From assembly GCA_021155965.1 (NCBI GenBank), contig JAJNBJ010000002.1:260289-324288 (forward strand): DNA of 64,000 bases, written 5' to 3'. The notes beneath the pieces are model-generated. The model was given only the letters and a program-made list of their open reading frames with translations, was not told the origin of the DNA and did not search any database. This document shows, in pieces, positions 29,701-37,997 of this stretch (position 1 is its first letter; each line of letters begins with the position of its first letter). The position numbers were made by a program, and so were the translations under genes. This DNA is from Flavipsychrobacter sp. Lineage in GTDB: Bacteria; Bacteroidota; Bacteroidia; Chitinophagales; Chitinophagaceae.

Positions 29701-30269
29701 GTACTGATGTTATATGCCCAGTAAACTGCAGAGTCTTTGCGGTGCGTAAGCAGCCACACGTCACAACTGGTGCCGGTAACTGCTGTTACTTTTTCCGACA
29801 TGCCACTTGGGCATAATATAGTACCCATCGATGCTGTTACCACATCGCCCGTGCCGCCATTAAGGGTCATATCCACTATGGTGTATGCCAGTTGCCCCCC
29901 GCAGCAAACCTCCTGCGAGAATATATAGTACTGGTTCGGGTTACCTATAACAGGCACAATAACTGCCGCTTGCGAGCTGCTGGTGGTAGAGAAGGGCACT
30001 ATGCTGCTCCCGTTCGGCATCACTGAGTGGCTGCTGTTCCATACCGTTTTGCCATCGGTATAGAACAATAGTGCGCCTGCAGCATTGCAAATGGATGCCG
30101 CCCCTTCCGACTGGTTGATACCCGAATAAAACGATACCGGTGAACCTGAATTGAAGTTTAAACCGCCATGGAAACCAAAAGCCCATACTTTGTTCTGATT
30201 GGTATTGTGCTGTGCCCGGGTATAAAAACCCAGGCTGATAAAGAACAATAAGAGATAAAGCTTCTTCAT
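23751..30269 (-). CDS. Giant T9SS-sorted surface protein with about 21 Ig-like (Big_2-type) repeats
   Basis: 2172 aa; signal peptide; non-repeat N-terminal region of about 440 aa; repeated approx. 80-aa unit ITG...VC.G....L......GG.WSSS...IA.IG...G.V.G...GTA.ITY....GC.....VTVNP.P; C-terminal sorting domain ..YPSPNKGTFTV...ASGLYFVAV.. Confidence 0.9.
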   Translation of the reverse strand: MKKLYLLLFFISLGFYTRAQHNTNQNKVWAFGFHGGLNFNSGSPVSFYSGINQSEGAASICNAAGALLFYTDGKTVWNSSHSVMPNGSSIVPFSTTSSSQAAVIVPVIGNPNQYYIFSQEVCCGGQLAYTIVDMTLNGGTGDVVTASMGTILCPSGMSEKVTAVTGTSCDVWLLTHRKDSAVYWAYNISTAGINPTPVISHVGSFTGSGCYAYSGMRISPNRRKIANLSFYKGIELNDFDPATGQVYNNQVLSTATDHYGAEFSPDNSKLYVCGIASNMYQYNLSLSTTAAIAGSRTTVASGAFTEPKLAPDNKIYFGTYNTVTVNCFSSPNSAGFACAFTPAVTTLPTGAKNIYCLTNAIVGIFPTDTSYSRHDTIACLPTGASITIKAHDSLTGSGYIWDDGIATTSTRVISGPGTYWVKIYNGCGLKIDTIHAHAYTTIGPILGSPNICIGSATTLTDTSAGGIWSSRNPAVATIGSSSGIVTPLSTGTDTIRYTIPSTNCYVAVVITVSPLPVAITGAANVCAGATDALSCSTAGGVWSSSSLGVATMDSVTGTLSGIAAGAATITYNLPTGCKRTHAITIDPLPAAITGTGVVCAGSSTTLATAATGGMWISGNALIADIGSSSGIVTGMMGGTAAISYQLPTGCFAERYVTINALPTISGPDNNCFDDTTGFYGLPPGGAWASSAPAIVWAGSSSGLYSGVTVGSATITYTLATGCFRTIPVTVNAIPPPISGSSLVCFGFTSVLTNSATGGRWSSSSRGIADVDPLTGAVTGMSLGTAVISYALLTGCAATRMVTVNPPPFPISGITTACVGTTAVLYNGVTGGVWSSGATAIATIDPTTGIYTGIAPGTAVITYSMGSGCTVTATVTVSTGPAPITGTLNVCPGALTALANTTPGGTWSCSNPSIASIGAATGVVAGGSSGIATITYTVPIATGSCRVMAALTVDPAPAAITGTLTACPGTFTALGSATGGGTWTSGSPAIATVGSSTGVVNGITTGTTVITYTIPNGCSIAKTVTVHPNPTAIVGTSTICIGVSATLTNGTSGGTWSRSSSNVNVGSASGVITGVATGTTILTYRLPTGCFSTKTISVNTIPGTITGSLQLCIGAMSTLTSLTPGGTWSSSNPYVAAIGSVTGSISGITAGMATITYSIGTGCSATAAVTVSPAPTSFTVTGGGPYCTGGSGMHVGLSGSSSGVSYQLYMGATAVGMPLTSLGGSLDFGLLTAAGTYSVTATGAAGCTSGMSGSVSIIIIPLPVITGPSAVCAGSMITEASTLGGTWISSTPTVATIGSSSGVVSGIATGTATITYTLPLGCMAIRTITVSSGPGAITGTTAVCQTQNATLTTTTGGGFWSSSHPSIAPIGSSSGTVTGMTTGTATITYSMGAGCITTRLITVNTHPGTISGASALCGGGATTLSNTTPGGTWSSSALTIASVGLTTGLVNGITGGTATITYTLPTGCYATRMITVNSGPGSITGAASICQSLTSTLTSATGSGTWSSSSAGIATIGSSTGIVTGISPGTTIITYSLGTGCTTTRILTVYALPFPITGTTGTCVGTSVILSSGTTGGVWRSGNTAIAGVGSSSGIVIGSGIGTAIITYTNPTTGCATTTIVTVTSVPAAISGTNSVCVGSTATLTDATAGGIWSSSNPVVAAVGSATGTVSGLVVGGATITYSLGVGCAVTKFITVNPLPSSITGAANVCLGSSVALSTSSTGGAWSSATAFATINSVTGMVTGTAGGAAIISYTIPTGCAATYTLSVVAVPVIENVHSLCAWGDTIMIHNANPLGSYSSTLVTVTTISSGDGIVTAFSPGTGTITYTLTGLGCTATSVVTVNPLPNVINGTISICSASTTTLTNIAAGGTWSSSNTSVATIGSGSGLMSGMTGGVSTIVYTLPTGCKVDTLITVSTFPNAGTIAGAGMVCSGNSTTLTNVGSSASGVWSSSMPSVATVGSVTGVVYAVGAGIDTIKYLVANVCGTAKALHVLTVNQTPSPGVITGTDSVCVGAIVALADTAAGGVWNVSNANASISTSGIVSGLSVGIDTVYYTVTRDGCSAAAMLPVKVIPLSECNALSIAQYNTGNIWAYPSPNKGTFTVSGAFGSLAEGEEVCLQVTDMHSRVVYNAYTTVYNSRIEEIVQLDKIASGLYFVAVRSAKEYMVLRIVVER
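24092..28937 (-). repeat. Tandem coding repeats (about 21 copies of approx. 240 nt) inside the giant adhesin gene
   Basis: I counted 21 GG.W.S..-containing modules plus one divergent module in the translation; copies are diverged, with no long identical nucleotide runs noticed. Confidence 0.8.
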
Positions 30270-30673
30270 ACAGCAGCTTGCTTATAGGCTAAATGCAATT
30301 TGCAACTTACAAGATAATGTATTTTTTTAATAATTTGAATATTTTAATGCTAAAAATGTGGGGTACTTTAGTCCTGGCCGATATTTCTTCAACAAAAAAG
30401 CCTCGCATAAGCAAGGCTATATTCTATGATCGGGGTTGGATTCTTAATCCAGTCACAATGACGTAAAAATGGAATTAGGCTCGCTTAGTCGCCTTCTAAA
30501 TAACAAAAACCACAAAGACTTTTTAGGAACATCCGGGTTACCTACATCGAGACCGCACTCCAAATTCAAAAAATAGTATGTAAGGGCATATACCTTGTAC
30601 TGAACACCATTTAAAACTATCATTAAATAATAGACCAATTTTTTGTACTATAGCAGTCCAAAAACTAACTAAT

Positions 30674-30964
30674 ATGAACAAAGCAGAACTGATCGAACAG
30701 ATCGCGAAAGACGCAGGAATGACCAAAACACAGGCAAACGATGCCCTTGACTCATTTATGGGAGCTGTGGTATCTACGTTAAAGAAAGGAGAAAACGTTA
30801 CGCTTGTAGGGTTTGGTACTTTCTCTGTTTCAAACCGTGCAGCACGCAACGGGCGAAATCCACAAACCGGTGCAACCATAAAAATCAAAGCGCGTAAAGT
30901 ACCTAAGTTTAAAGCTGGCAAGGACTTTTCAGGTAAAATAGCCGGGGGAAAAGCTAAGAAATGA
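30674..30964 (+). CDS. HU-family DNA-binding protein
   Basis: 96 aa; [12 protein letters not shown]...[29 protein letters not shown]. Confidence 0.93.
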   Translation: MNKAELIEQIAKDAGMTKTQANDALDSFMGAVVSTLKKGENVTLVGFGTFSVSNRAARNGRNPQTGATIKIKARKVPKFKAGKDFSGKIAGGKAKK

Positions 30965-30984
30965 AAAACATGTTTGACTAAAGA

Positions 30985-31010
30985 AGCAGGAGTTCGTGCT
31001 CCTGCTTTTT
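30985..31010 (+). terminator. Intrinsic terminator after HU gene
   Basis: Stem agcaggag/ctcctgct (30985-30992 / 30999-31006) followed by TTTTT. Confidence 0.75.
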
Positions 31011-31338
31011 CATATAGTTAAGCTTCTTTGGGATCAAATTCCATCGTACGGATAAAACAATAACCAATTTTCATGAAAAAAATATGTTTGTAGTTAGCTT
31101 TCAAATATAGTACTATATAAACTTGAGCCTGATGAATATTTAGTAGGGCCTCAGCATTTACACTACTGTCCTTTCTACTCGATAATTATTCTGAATGATA
31201 GCTGTTCGTTGGGTGTGTGCAGCGTCAAAAGGTAGATACGCTCTTTCTTGGGCGCTTGTTATAAGCCTATAAAATCACGCACTTATTGTTGGCTATGTAA
31301 ACATAAGTAAGGGGCCGCATCGCTGCAACCCCTTTCAA

Positions 31339-31353
31339 GTGATCCGGATTGGA
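31339..31353. repeat. 15-bp direct duplicate of the tRNA-Arg 3' end (distal att-like site)
   Basis: gtgatccggattgga is identical to 33435-33449 (last 14 nt of the tRNA plus 1 flanking nt), same orientation. Confidence 0.75.
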
Positions 31354-31504
31354 GCTTTTTATTTTACATATAACCTATAGTAATCCCGGCAAATACGCTC
31401 TGGTAAATAGTTTGAGCAAACCCCGATACGAACTATTGTAAAAGGAAGTGAGATAAAATGTAACTCAATTGCCACAAAAATGCGATGCTATTAATGTTGT
31501 CTTG

Positions 31505-31825
31505 CTAATAAGCCAATTTCTTGTTATTGAGTTCTACATTAAAATGAACTTTTGCACCCAGCGCTTCAAATACTTTAAGTATCGTTTCAAATCTGGCATT
31601 TTTGGCACTATTTTCAATTTTCGATATCTGGGCTTTCTGTACACCCACAAGCTCACCCAATTGCTCTTGAGTTAAATTACGAGCGTGCCTGGCTTCCTTA
31701 ATTGCCTGTCCAAGCAAATCAATGCGTAATTCATTTTCAAATTTCTCTCTTTTTTCGGTACCTCTTTTGCCCATGTGCTTATCAAGCATTTGGTCGAGCG
31801 ATACTGTTTTTAATTTATTAGACAT
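31505..31825 (-). CDS. XRE-family HTH antitoxin (HigA-like)
   Basis: 106 aa; ..IKEARHARNLTQEQLGELVGVQKAQISKIENSAKN.. HTH_XRE motif; 8-nt gap after the toxin gene. Confidence 0.8.
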   Translation of the reverse strand: MSNKLKTVSLDQMLDKHMGKRGTEKREKFENELRIDLLGQAIKEARHARNLTQEQLGELVGVQKAQISKIENSAKNARFETILKVFEALGAKVHFNVELNNKKLAY

Positions 31826-31833
31826 AATTGATA

Positions 31834-32175
31834 TTATTTGCTCTTCGTTTCAAAATACTGTTTCCTTATCCTTTCTGCTTTCTCAATTTCCTTAACAGGT
31901 GTTTTTTGTGTTTTCTTTACTATTCCATGTGTTGCAATGACTATTGTTGCATTTCCACGACTTTTATCCCAAAATGAAAACAGGCGATATGCAGTGTGAT
32001 TGTATAGCGTCCTGAATTCCCAGATATTATCATTCAACTTTTTGAAAAGTTCATCATCATTCACAAACTGGGCCTTCTTCAAATTATAATAGATTTTCTC
32101 TCTTGCTTTGGAGTTAAGCAACTCCATAAATTCAATTGCTTCGGAAAGAAATTCTATTTCAAAATTTTTATGCAC
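31834..32175 (-). CDS. Type II toxin, RelE/ParE superfamily (Gp49/HigB-like)
   Basis: 113 aa; ..EFLSEAIEFMELLNSKAREKIYYNLKKA...IWEFRTLYN.TAYRLFSFWDK....IVIATHGIVKKTQKTP pattern of phage Gp49-like toxins; apparent GTG start. Confidence 0.78.
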   Translation of the reverse strand: MHKNFEIEFLSEAIEFMELLNSKAREKIYYNLKKAQFVNDDELFKKLNDNIWEFRTLYNHTAYRLFSFWDKSRGNATIVIATHGIVKKTQKTPVKEIEKAERIRKQYFETKSK

Positions 32176-32201
32176 AGCAATGTTTTGACAAAGATACGAA
32201 A

Positions 32202-32217
32202 TTTCCCATTTGGGAAA
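32202..32217. promoter_or_regulatory. Perfect 16-bp palindrome in the divergent control region (candidate HigA operator)
   Basis: tttcccatttgggaaa, 27 nt upstream of the toxin start and 144 nt upstream of the DUF4365 gene. Confidence 0.4.
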
Positions 32218-32360
32218 CTATTTATTAAAAATTACCAACCGAATTTCAATGGAGTGCTGGAACACCATCTCAGGTCGATTGTACTATGAAAATCAACCTA
32301 ATTGAGCTTAAATATTAGATTTTTAACTACCATTCTATTTAACTCAAAATTCTTTTAAAA

Positions 32361-33344
32361 ATGGCCTACAACATTAGTGAGAGAGCAGGCGTACATGCCG
32401 TTGCTAAAATATTTTTTGAAAATTTCAAATGGATTTTTAGAGAACAACCAATCAATGATTTTGGTATTGACGGATATGTAGAAATGGCGAACTTAATGAA
32501 CAAGAACAATTTACGCCCTACTGGGAAAATAATTGGTGTCCAGATTAAGACAGGAAATAGTTATTTTAGAGAAAGCACTATACGCCACTTTGTATTTCGA
32601 GGTTCAAGAAGGCATCTTGAGTATTGGCTGAATCACTCGTTATCTGTAATCGTAATTTTATACAACAACGAAACAAATTGTGCGTATTGGCAAGAAATAA
32701 CCATCTCGACGGTTACCTTGACAAAAAATAATTTTAAGATCAACATACCAAGGACGAACACCCTAAGCACGAGAAGCAAAGAAGAGTTGACAAGAATCGG
32801 CCATTTTAAAAATCAATATGACTTCAAACTATGGCATTTAAGATCATCAACAGAAATAATAAATAGAATAGTACAGCAACAGTTGTTTCTGTATACGGAA
32901 ATCGAGAGTATTCCGGGTTCTAATGATTATCATATCTCCTTGGTGATAACACAGGAAGAGGATGAAAATTGCGCCAAAGTCATCTACGGTTATAATGACG
33001 ATGCTCACTATTATTCTCTTCTTTTATCGGACGATAATAACATTGCAGAAGGTATTAGCGATGTTATACCCTGGGCGGATCTCTATTACAACGACCGAAA
33101 ATTTGTTGATGAAATGCTTATTGAAACAATAGCAAATGACATCATGAGTTTTAGTGAACCGGAACTGACTGAGGAAATTTTGCAACTTAAAGAACACAAA
33201 TATTGCTTGGCAATGGCTTGTTGCTTATGTGGCAACTATTGTTTTCGATTAGAATTGAAGGCAAATAATTTCGCTCTCAATTTTTTGATGATAAATGAGT
33301 ATTTAGAAAAAGACACGGTCACTAAGCAGAGGATATTTATCTAA
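32361..33344 (+). CDS. DUF4365 (restriction-endonuclease-fold) protein with uncharacterised Cys-rich C-terminal half
   Basis: 327 aa; N-terminal ERAGVHAVAKIF....W.FREQPINDFGIDGYVE...x19...IIGVQIKTG...HLEYWL.HSLSVIVILY....CAYWQEI (DUF4365 pattern); residues about 170-327 unrecognised, ending in CLAMACCLCGNYC. Confidence 0.8.
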   Translation: MAYNISERAGVHAVAKIFFENFKWIFREQPINDFGIDGYVEMANLMNKNNLRPTGKIIGVQIKTGNSYFRESTIRHFVFRGSRRHLEYWLNHSLSVIVILYNNETNCAYWQEITISTVTLTKNNFKINIPRTNTLSTRSKEELTRIGHFKNQYDFKLWHLRSSTEIINRIVQQQLFLYTEIESIPGSNDYHISLVITQEEDENCAKVIYGYNDDAHYYSLLLSDDNNIAEGISDVIPWADLYYNDRKFVDEMLIETIANDIMSFSEPELTEEILQLKEHKYCLAMACCLCGNYCFRLELKANNFALNFLMINEYLEKDTVTKQRIFI

Positions 33345-33390
33345 TTGATAAAGCTATCTAGCGTGGAACTGCCACAAGTTCATAAAAATA

Positions 33391-33431
33391 CATTCACGCA
33401 ATTAATTGTAAATCAATTAATTGCGTGAATG
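33391..33431. terminator. Perfect 18-bp-stem hairpin between DUF4365 gene and tRNA
   Basis: cattcacgcaattaattg taaat caattaattgcgtgaatg; no clear T tract, so it could be a terminator or a recombination/att-associated structure. Confidence 0.45.
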
Positions 33432-33435
33432 TTTG

Positions 33436-33509
<74 letters not shown>

Positions 33510-33572
33510 GGTTACTCAGTGAAAAAAAAATAAAATGCGTGCAAAGTTAACTAAAAAACCAACTAAAACGGG

Positions 33573-34487
33573 CTATTTCTGCTGGGGTGGCTGCTCGCCT
33601 TCCTTCATTATTTGTACAGGTATCAGGTCTTGTAGATAATTCCAGGTTTCGTTCGCCCACCTGAAGCCATCATAACCACCGCTGGGTGCATAGGTATATT
33701 TTCGGCCCGGATCGTTGGAGAGCGATACCAACTTGTCGAATACGATAACATTATGCTCATTGTCCCAGTTCAAAGATGCGTTCACACCTTTCTTATATTC
33801 CAGTATGAAACGGTTTATCCGCTGGCGGGGATAGTTAGTCGATGCCACCCCAAAAATTGGTGCGCCAAAGCGGACACCTTTCTGCTCATCTATCATCATC
33901 GGGTCTAGCACCTTACGTGTGGTTAGTTGTCCACCATCGTTATACCCGAACATTGTATATATCTTATGCCCCTGCACCTCCACAGGGAAAATCCGATAAT
34001 ACAATGCACCAAACCACTTGCCGCCTGTAAGTATACTGTCTTCGGCCCCCTTGCCCAACTGCTCAGTATAGTCAGACAGCCCAAATAGTTTCAGTTTTTC
34101 CTGTGGCATTTGTATAGCAGCATAGTAGCGGCGGGTGATATTATTCGGCGTTATCTCCCAGTTGAACATTTTAAAAGAATTATCATCCGGAATAATAATA
34201 TTGACCAGTTTCTTCAGCGAATCGAACGGATAATAATAAGAATTTGGGATCTTCAGCGCCCGTACCAACTGCCTTGCAAAACGCTCAGACAACCCAATCC
34301 TTGTATCGGGGATATATGCATTATACATAGAATCTGCTGCTCTTACCAACGAGTCCTCCATGATCTGCAGTTTCTCCAGGTTTGGTGCTGTTATCTCCTG
34401 TGCATATCCTTTACCGCAAAATGACACCACAAATGCGAACAGCATAAATAACCTGCATCCCATTGATGTTATCATATTTTTCATCAT
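33573..34487 (-). CDS. Conserved hypothetical secreted protein
   Basis: 304 aa with signal peptide (..FCGKGYAQ); no family recognised. Confidence 0.6.
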   Translation of the reverse strand: MMKNMITSMGCRLFMLFAFVVSFCGKGYAQEITAPNLEKLQIMEDSLVRAADSMYNAYIPDTRIGLSERFARQLVRALKIPNSYYYPFDSLKKLVNIIIPDDNSFKMFNWEITPNNITRRYYAAIQMPQEKLKLFGLSDYTEQLGKGAEDSILTGGKWFGALYYRIFPVEVQGHKIYTMFGYNDGGQLTTRKVLDPMMIDEQKGVRFGAPIFGVASTNYPRQRINRFILEYKKGVNASLNWDNEHNVIVFDKLVSLSNDPGRKYTYAPSGGYDGFRWANETWNYLQDLIPVQIMKEGEQPPQQK

Positions 34488-34645
34488 TCTTGATTTTCAG
34501 TACATCAAACCTAAACATTTTTTTGTTAAAAACCCATCAAAAAAACCCTGTTTTAGTTGCGCTTATACATGCAATCGCACAAAACCTAACAACTTTTGAC
34601 TTTTGGCGCAAAAGCTATTACTTTCGGGGTCTAATTCTTGCCTTG

Positions 34646-35959
34646 ATGCACCTGGTACAGCAAATACTATTCATTGTTCTAGCCTTAGCCTCCATATACA
34701 TTTTTGCAAAAAAAATAGGTGAGATGAGGCGCAACATCCTGCTGGGGCGTGATGAAGACCTGACAGATAGTCCCGGCCAAAGGTGGAAAAATATGATCTT
34801 GCTGGCGCTTGGACAGAAAAAGATGTTCAAAAATCCTACGCCAGCAATTCTTCACCTTTTTGTTTACGCGGGTTTTATAATTATTAACGTAGAGATATTG
34901 GAAATATTCCTGGATGGTATTATAGGGAAACATAGATTGTTTGCCCCAATGATGGGTAGCCTATATGCCTACCTGATCGGTTTCTTCGAGATATTGGCTG
35001 CATTGGTGCTGGTATCGTGTGTCATCTTTTTAGTAAGAAGAAATATTACAAAAGTGCGCCGCCTGAACATGAAAGAATTGCTGGGCTGGCCGCGCGAGGA
35101 TGCCAACATTATCCTAATCACAGAGATCGTACTGATGTCGCTGTTCCTTATTATGAACAGTGCAGACCTGGCGCTGCAAGCCAAAGGCGCACAGCATTAT
35201 CCTACTACTGCTACTTTTTGGATAACCGGAAACTTTGCAGGGGCATTTTCCGGACTTTCCGAATCTACGCTTATAGCCATTGAGCGCGTATGCTGGTGGC
35301 TGCACATTATTGGCGTATTCTTCTTCCTTAATTACCTGCCCTACTCCAAACACTTCCATATACTACTGGCTTTCCCTAATGCTTATTACTCCAAACTGAT
35401 ACCGCAGGGCGAAGTAAAGAACATGAAGGAGATACAGAACGAGGTGCTGTATATGATGGAGCCGGATAAAGCTCCTGCCGCGACCAGCGAGCAGGAACAC
35501 AAACGATTTGGTGCAAAAGATGTTACCGACCTAAGCTGGAAAAACCTGCTGGATGCTTATTCCTGCACAGAGTGTGGGCGCTGTACTGCTGCCTGTCCTG
35601 CTAATATTACAGGCAAAAAACTCTCTCCACGCAAGATAATGATGGATACCCGTGACAGGCTGGAGGAAGTGGGCAAGAATATAAATGCGAATAAAGAATT
35701 TAAGGACGATGGTAAAGCGCTGCTGCATGACTATATAACTGTAGAGGAATTGCGCGCCTGTACCACCTGCCAGGCATGTGTAGAGGCCTGCCCTGTGATG
35801 ATAGACCCATTGTCTATCATCATGCAACTGCGCCGCAACCTGGTAATGGAAGAAAGCAACGCACCGGGTGAATGGAACCTGATGTTTGGCAACATAGAGA
35901 ACAATATGGCCCCATGGAAGTTTAGCCCTGATGACAGGGATGCGTGGGTAAACACTTAA
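34646..35959 (+). CDS. Membrane-anchored (Fe-S)-binding oxidoreductase subunit (HdrC/GlpC-like, 2x4Fe-4S)
   Basis: From ATG 34646 (MHLVQQILF..); several TM helices, then CTECGRCTAACP and CTTCQACVEACP ferredoxin motifs; the ORF extension to 34463 overlaps the neighbouring gene. Confidence 0.75.
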   Translation: MHLVQQILFIVLALASIYIFAKKIGEMRRNILLGRDEDLTDSPGQRWKNMILLALGQKKMFKNPTPAILHLFVYAGFIIINVEILEIFLDGIIGKHRLFAPMMGSLYAYLIGFFEILAALVLVSCVIFLVRRNITKVRRLNMKELLGWPREDANIILITEIVLMSLFLIMNSADLALQAKGAQHYPTTATFWITGNFAGAFSGLSESTLIAIERVCWWLHIIGVFFFLNYLPYSKHFHILLAFPNAYYSKLIPQGEVKNMKEIQNEVLYMMEPDKAPAATSEQEHKRFGAKDVTDLSWKNLLDAYSCTECGRCTAACPANITGKKLSPRKIMMDTRDRLEEVGKNINANKEFKDDGKALLHDYITVEELRACTTCQACVEACPVMIDPLSIIMQLRRNLVMEESNAPGEWNLMFGNIENNMAPWKFSPDDRDAWVNT

Positions 35960-35970
35960 TAAAGGAAAAG

Positions 35971-36750
35971 ATGCCGATAAAGTCAATAGCTGAATATGCC
36001 GCGAATGGAGAAAGTCCCGAAATATTGTTTTGGGTGGGCTGTGCAGGCAGTTTCGACCAGCGTGCGCAGAAAATAACCCGTGCGTTTACGCAGATATTGG
36101 ATAAAGTAGGTATAAAATTCGCAATACTGGGTAAGGAAGAAATGTGCAATGGAGACCCCGCACGCCGTGCAGGCAATGAGTTCCTGTTCCAGATGATGGC
36201 TTATAACAATATCGCAATACTCAATAACTATAACATCAAGAAGGTAGTTACCATTTGCCCACACTGCTTTAATATTTTCAGGAATGAATATCCTAAGCTG
36301 GGCGGTAATTATGAAGTGGTACATCATACCACTTTCCTGCAACAGCTCATCAACGAAGGCAAAATTAAATTGAAGGATGGTGGCGCTTTCAAAGGCAAGC
36401 GCATCACTTATCACGATAGCTGCTACCTGGGCCGGGGCAATAACATTTATGAAGCCCCCCGTGCAGTACTTGAAGCCTTCGATAATGAACTGATAGAAAT
36501 GAAACGCTGTCGCACCAATGGCCTGTGCTGCGGCGCAGGCGGTGCACAGATGTTCAAAGAAGAAGAACCGGGCACTACCCGGGTTAATTTTGAGCGCGCA
36601 GAAGAAGCCCTCGAAACAGGCGCTACCATCATCGCCTCCAATTGCCCTTTCTGTATGACCATGCTTACAGATGGCATAAAGAACAAAGAAAAAGAAGAAT
36701 CAGTAAAAGTCCTGGATATTGCGGAGATGGTAGCGATGTCTTTAGAATAA
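35971..36750 (+). CDS. (Fe-S)-binding protein with two CCG cysteine-rich domains (HdrB/GlpC-like)
   Basis: From ATG 35971 (MPIKSIAEY..); WVGCAGSFD, CPHCFN, YHDSCYLGR, CCGAGG, CPFCMT motifs. Confidence 0.75.
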   Translation: MPIKSIAEYAANGESPEILFWVGCAGSFDQRAQKITRAFTQILDKVGIKFAILGKEEMCNGDPARRAGNEFLFQMMAYNNIAILNNYNIKKVVTICPHCFNIFRNEYPKLGGNYEVVHHTTFLQQLINEGKIKLKDGGAFKGKRITYHDSCYLGRGNNIYEAPRAVLEAFDNELIEMKRCRTNGLCCGAGGAQMFKEEEPGTTRVNFERAEEALETGATIIASNCPFCMTMLTDGIKNKEKEESVKVLDIAEMVAMSLE

Positions 36751-36756
36751 TTACAA

Positions 36757-37995
36757 TTACCTGCTCACTATTGAGCTGATATGCTCAATGTATTTCTTAG
36801 CTAGCACTTCCCTGTCAAAATTCTCTTTGGCATATTTATAACCACTATCCCCTTCCCGCTTTAATCGTGCCGGCTCTTTCAGATAACTTCTGATCACCCT
36901 GTTATAATCGTCTGTATTTTCCGGCTCTATATAACTTCCTGCATCAGCCGTCTCCACTAATTCTCTTGATACCCCATCTATTGCCATAAGTATCGGCTTC
37001 TTGCAACTCATGTAGTCGAATGTCTTATTGGAATAAACAGTTTTGAATGTGTCCACCCTCTTCAGCACCGATGCTCCCATTTCTGAGGCCAGTATATATT
37101 TAAAAACTTCTGCCTTAGGAACAGAATCTATAAACCTGACATTAGTAATCCTTCGCTCTTCCGCCAGTTTCTTTAGCCTGTCCTTCTCCATCCCCTGACC
37201 TATCAGCAGGAATAACACATTGGTATCCTTCAGTGCTTCTCCGGCATCCAGTATTTGCTCCAGGTGATTAGCAACACCATGCGCACCTACATAAGTAATA
37301 ACAAACTTGCCATCAAGCCCATGTTCTTTCCTGAATGCTTCCTTATTAAAATCGTGCAGCAGCTTTTCCGATAGGCTAAAATCAGAAGCATTGGATATCT
37401 GTATCAACTTACTTTCAGGAATATGTTTTTTATCCTTTAGTACTTTATAAAATGCAGGTGTCAATACATTTACCAGTTTAGCCCTGTTATAGATAAACCC
37501 CTCCACCCAGTACGCCAGCTTTATCACCATTTTATTGGTAAGCACACCAGTATCTATTGCCGATTCCGGCCACAGGTCACGCACCTCGAATACAAATGGC
37601 ATCCTCCTCAACCTGGATATTAGGTAACCACTCGCCCCCACAAACAATGGCGGAGAGGTAACAATAACTACATCAAACTTTCCCTTTGCTTTGAATAACC
37701 CCGCATATAGTGATGAGAACATAAATGAAAAATATCCCCACAGCCTCCCAAGAAAATGCTTATTATATGCCTCTGATACATGACAACGCCACACAGTCAC
37801 CGCTCCCTGTTGCTTCCTTACAAAATACTTGCCCTTATATTCAGCTATCTTTTCTTTGCCATTGTAGTGCATCATACCGCCAAGCACGGTAACGTTATGG
37901 CCCATGCTTGTCCACACACGGGTAAACTCATTCCACCGCGAGCCACCCGGATCATCTTCTTCCAAAAAATACTGGTGTATCAGTAATATGTTCAT
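36757..37995 (-). CDS. Glycosyltransferase family 4 (WbuB-like)
   Basis: 412 aa; MNILLIHQYF...DPGGSRWNEF N-terminus typical of WbuB-type GT4; C-terminal E..E GT-B region. Confidence 0.85.
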   Translation of the reverse strand: MNILLIHQYFLEEDDPGGSRWNEFTRVWTSMGHNVTVLGGMMHYNGKEKIAEYKGKYFVRKQQGAVTVWRCHVSEAYNKHFLGRLWGYFSFMFSSLYAGLFKAKGKFDVVIVTSPPLFVGASGYLISRLRRMPFVFEVRDLWPESAIDTGVLTNKMVIKLAYWVEGFIYNRAKLVNVLTPAFYKVLKDKKHIPESKLIQISNASDFSLSEKLLHDFNKEAFRKEHGLDGKFVITYVGAHGVANHLEQILDAGEALKDTNVLFLLIGQGMEKDRLKKLAEERRITNVRFIDSVPKAEVFKYILASEMGASVLKRVDTFKTVYSNKTFDYMSCKKPILMAIDGVSRELVETADAGSYIEPENTDDYNRVIRSYLKEPARLKREGDSGYKYAKENFDREVLAKKYIEHISSIVSR

Positions 37996-37997
37996 CC

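Larger units (their letters stand above)
31354..33434. mobile_element. Integrase-less AT-rich islet inserted at tRNA-Arg(TCT) 3' end
   Basis: Bounded by the 15-bp direct repeat; visibly AT-richer than the flanks; cargo is a TA pair plus a DUF4365 protein; no recombinase gene inside. Confidence 0.6.

Noticed and set aside
23875-29928. Many plus-strand ORFs of 60-150 aa inside the giant adhesin gene
   Set aside because: They are antisense shadows of a long, repetitive, Gly/Thr/Ser-rich minus-strand ORF. Their products are low-complexity (P/V/A-rich) with no starts in promoter context.
34463-34645. N-terminal extension of the Fe-S membrane protein ORF
   Set aside because: It overlaps the start of the opposite-strand gene 33573-34487 and reads as low-complexity sequence. 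The ATG at 34646 precedes the first TM helix.
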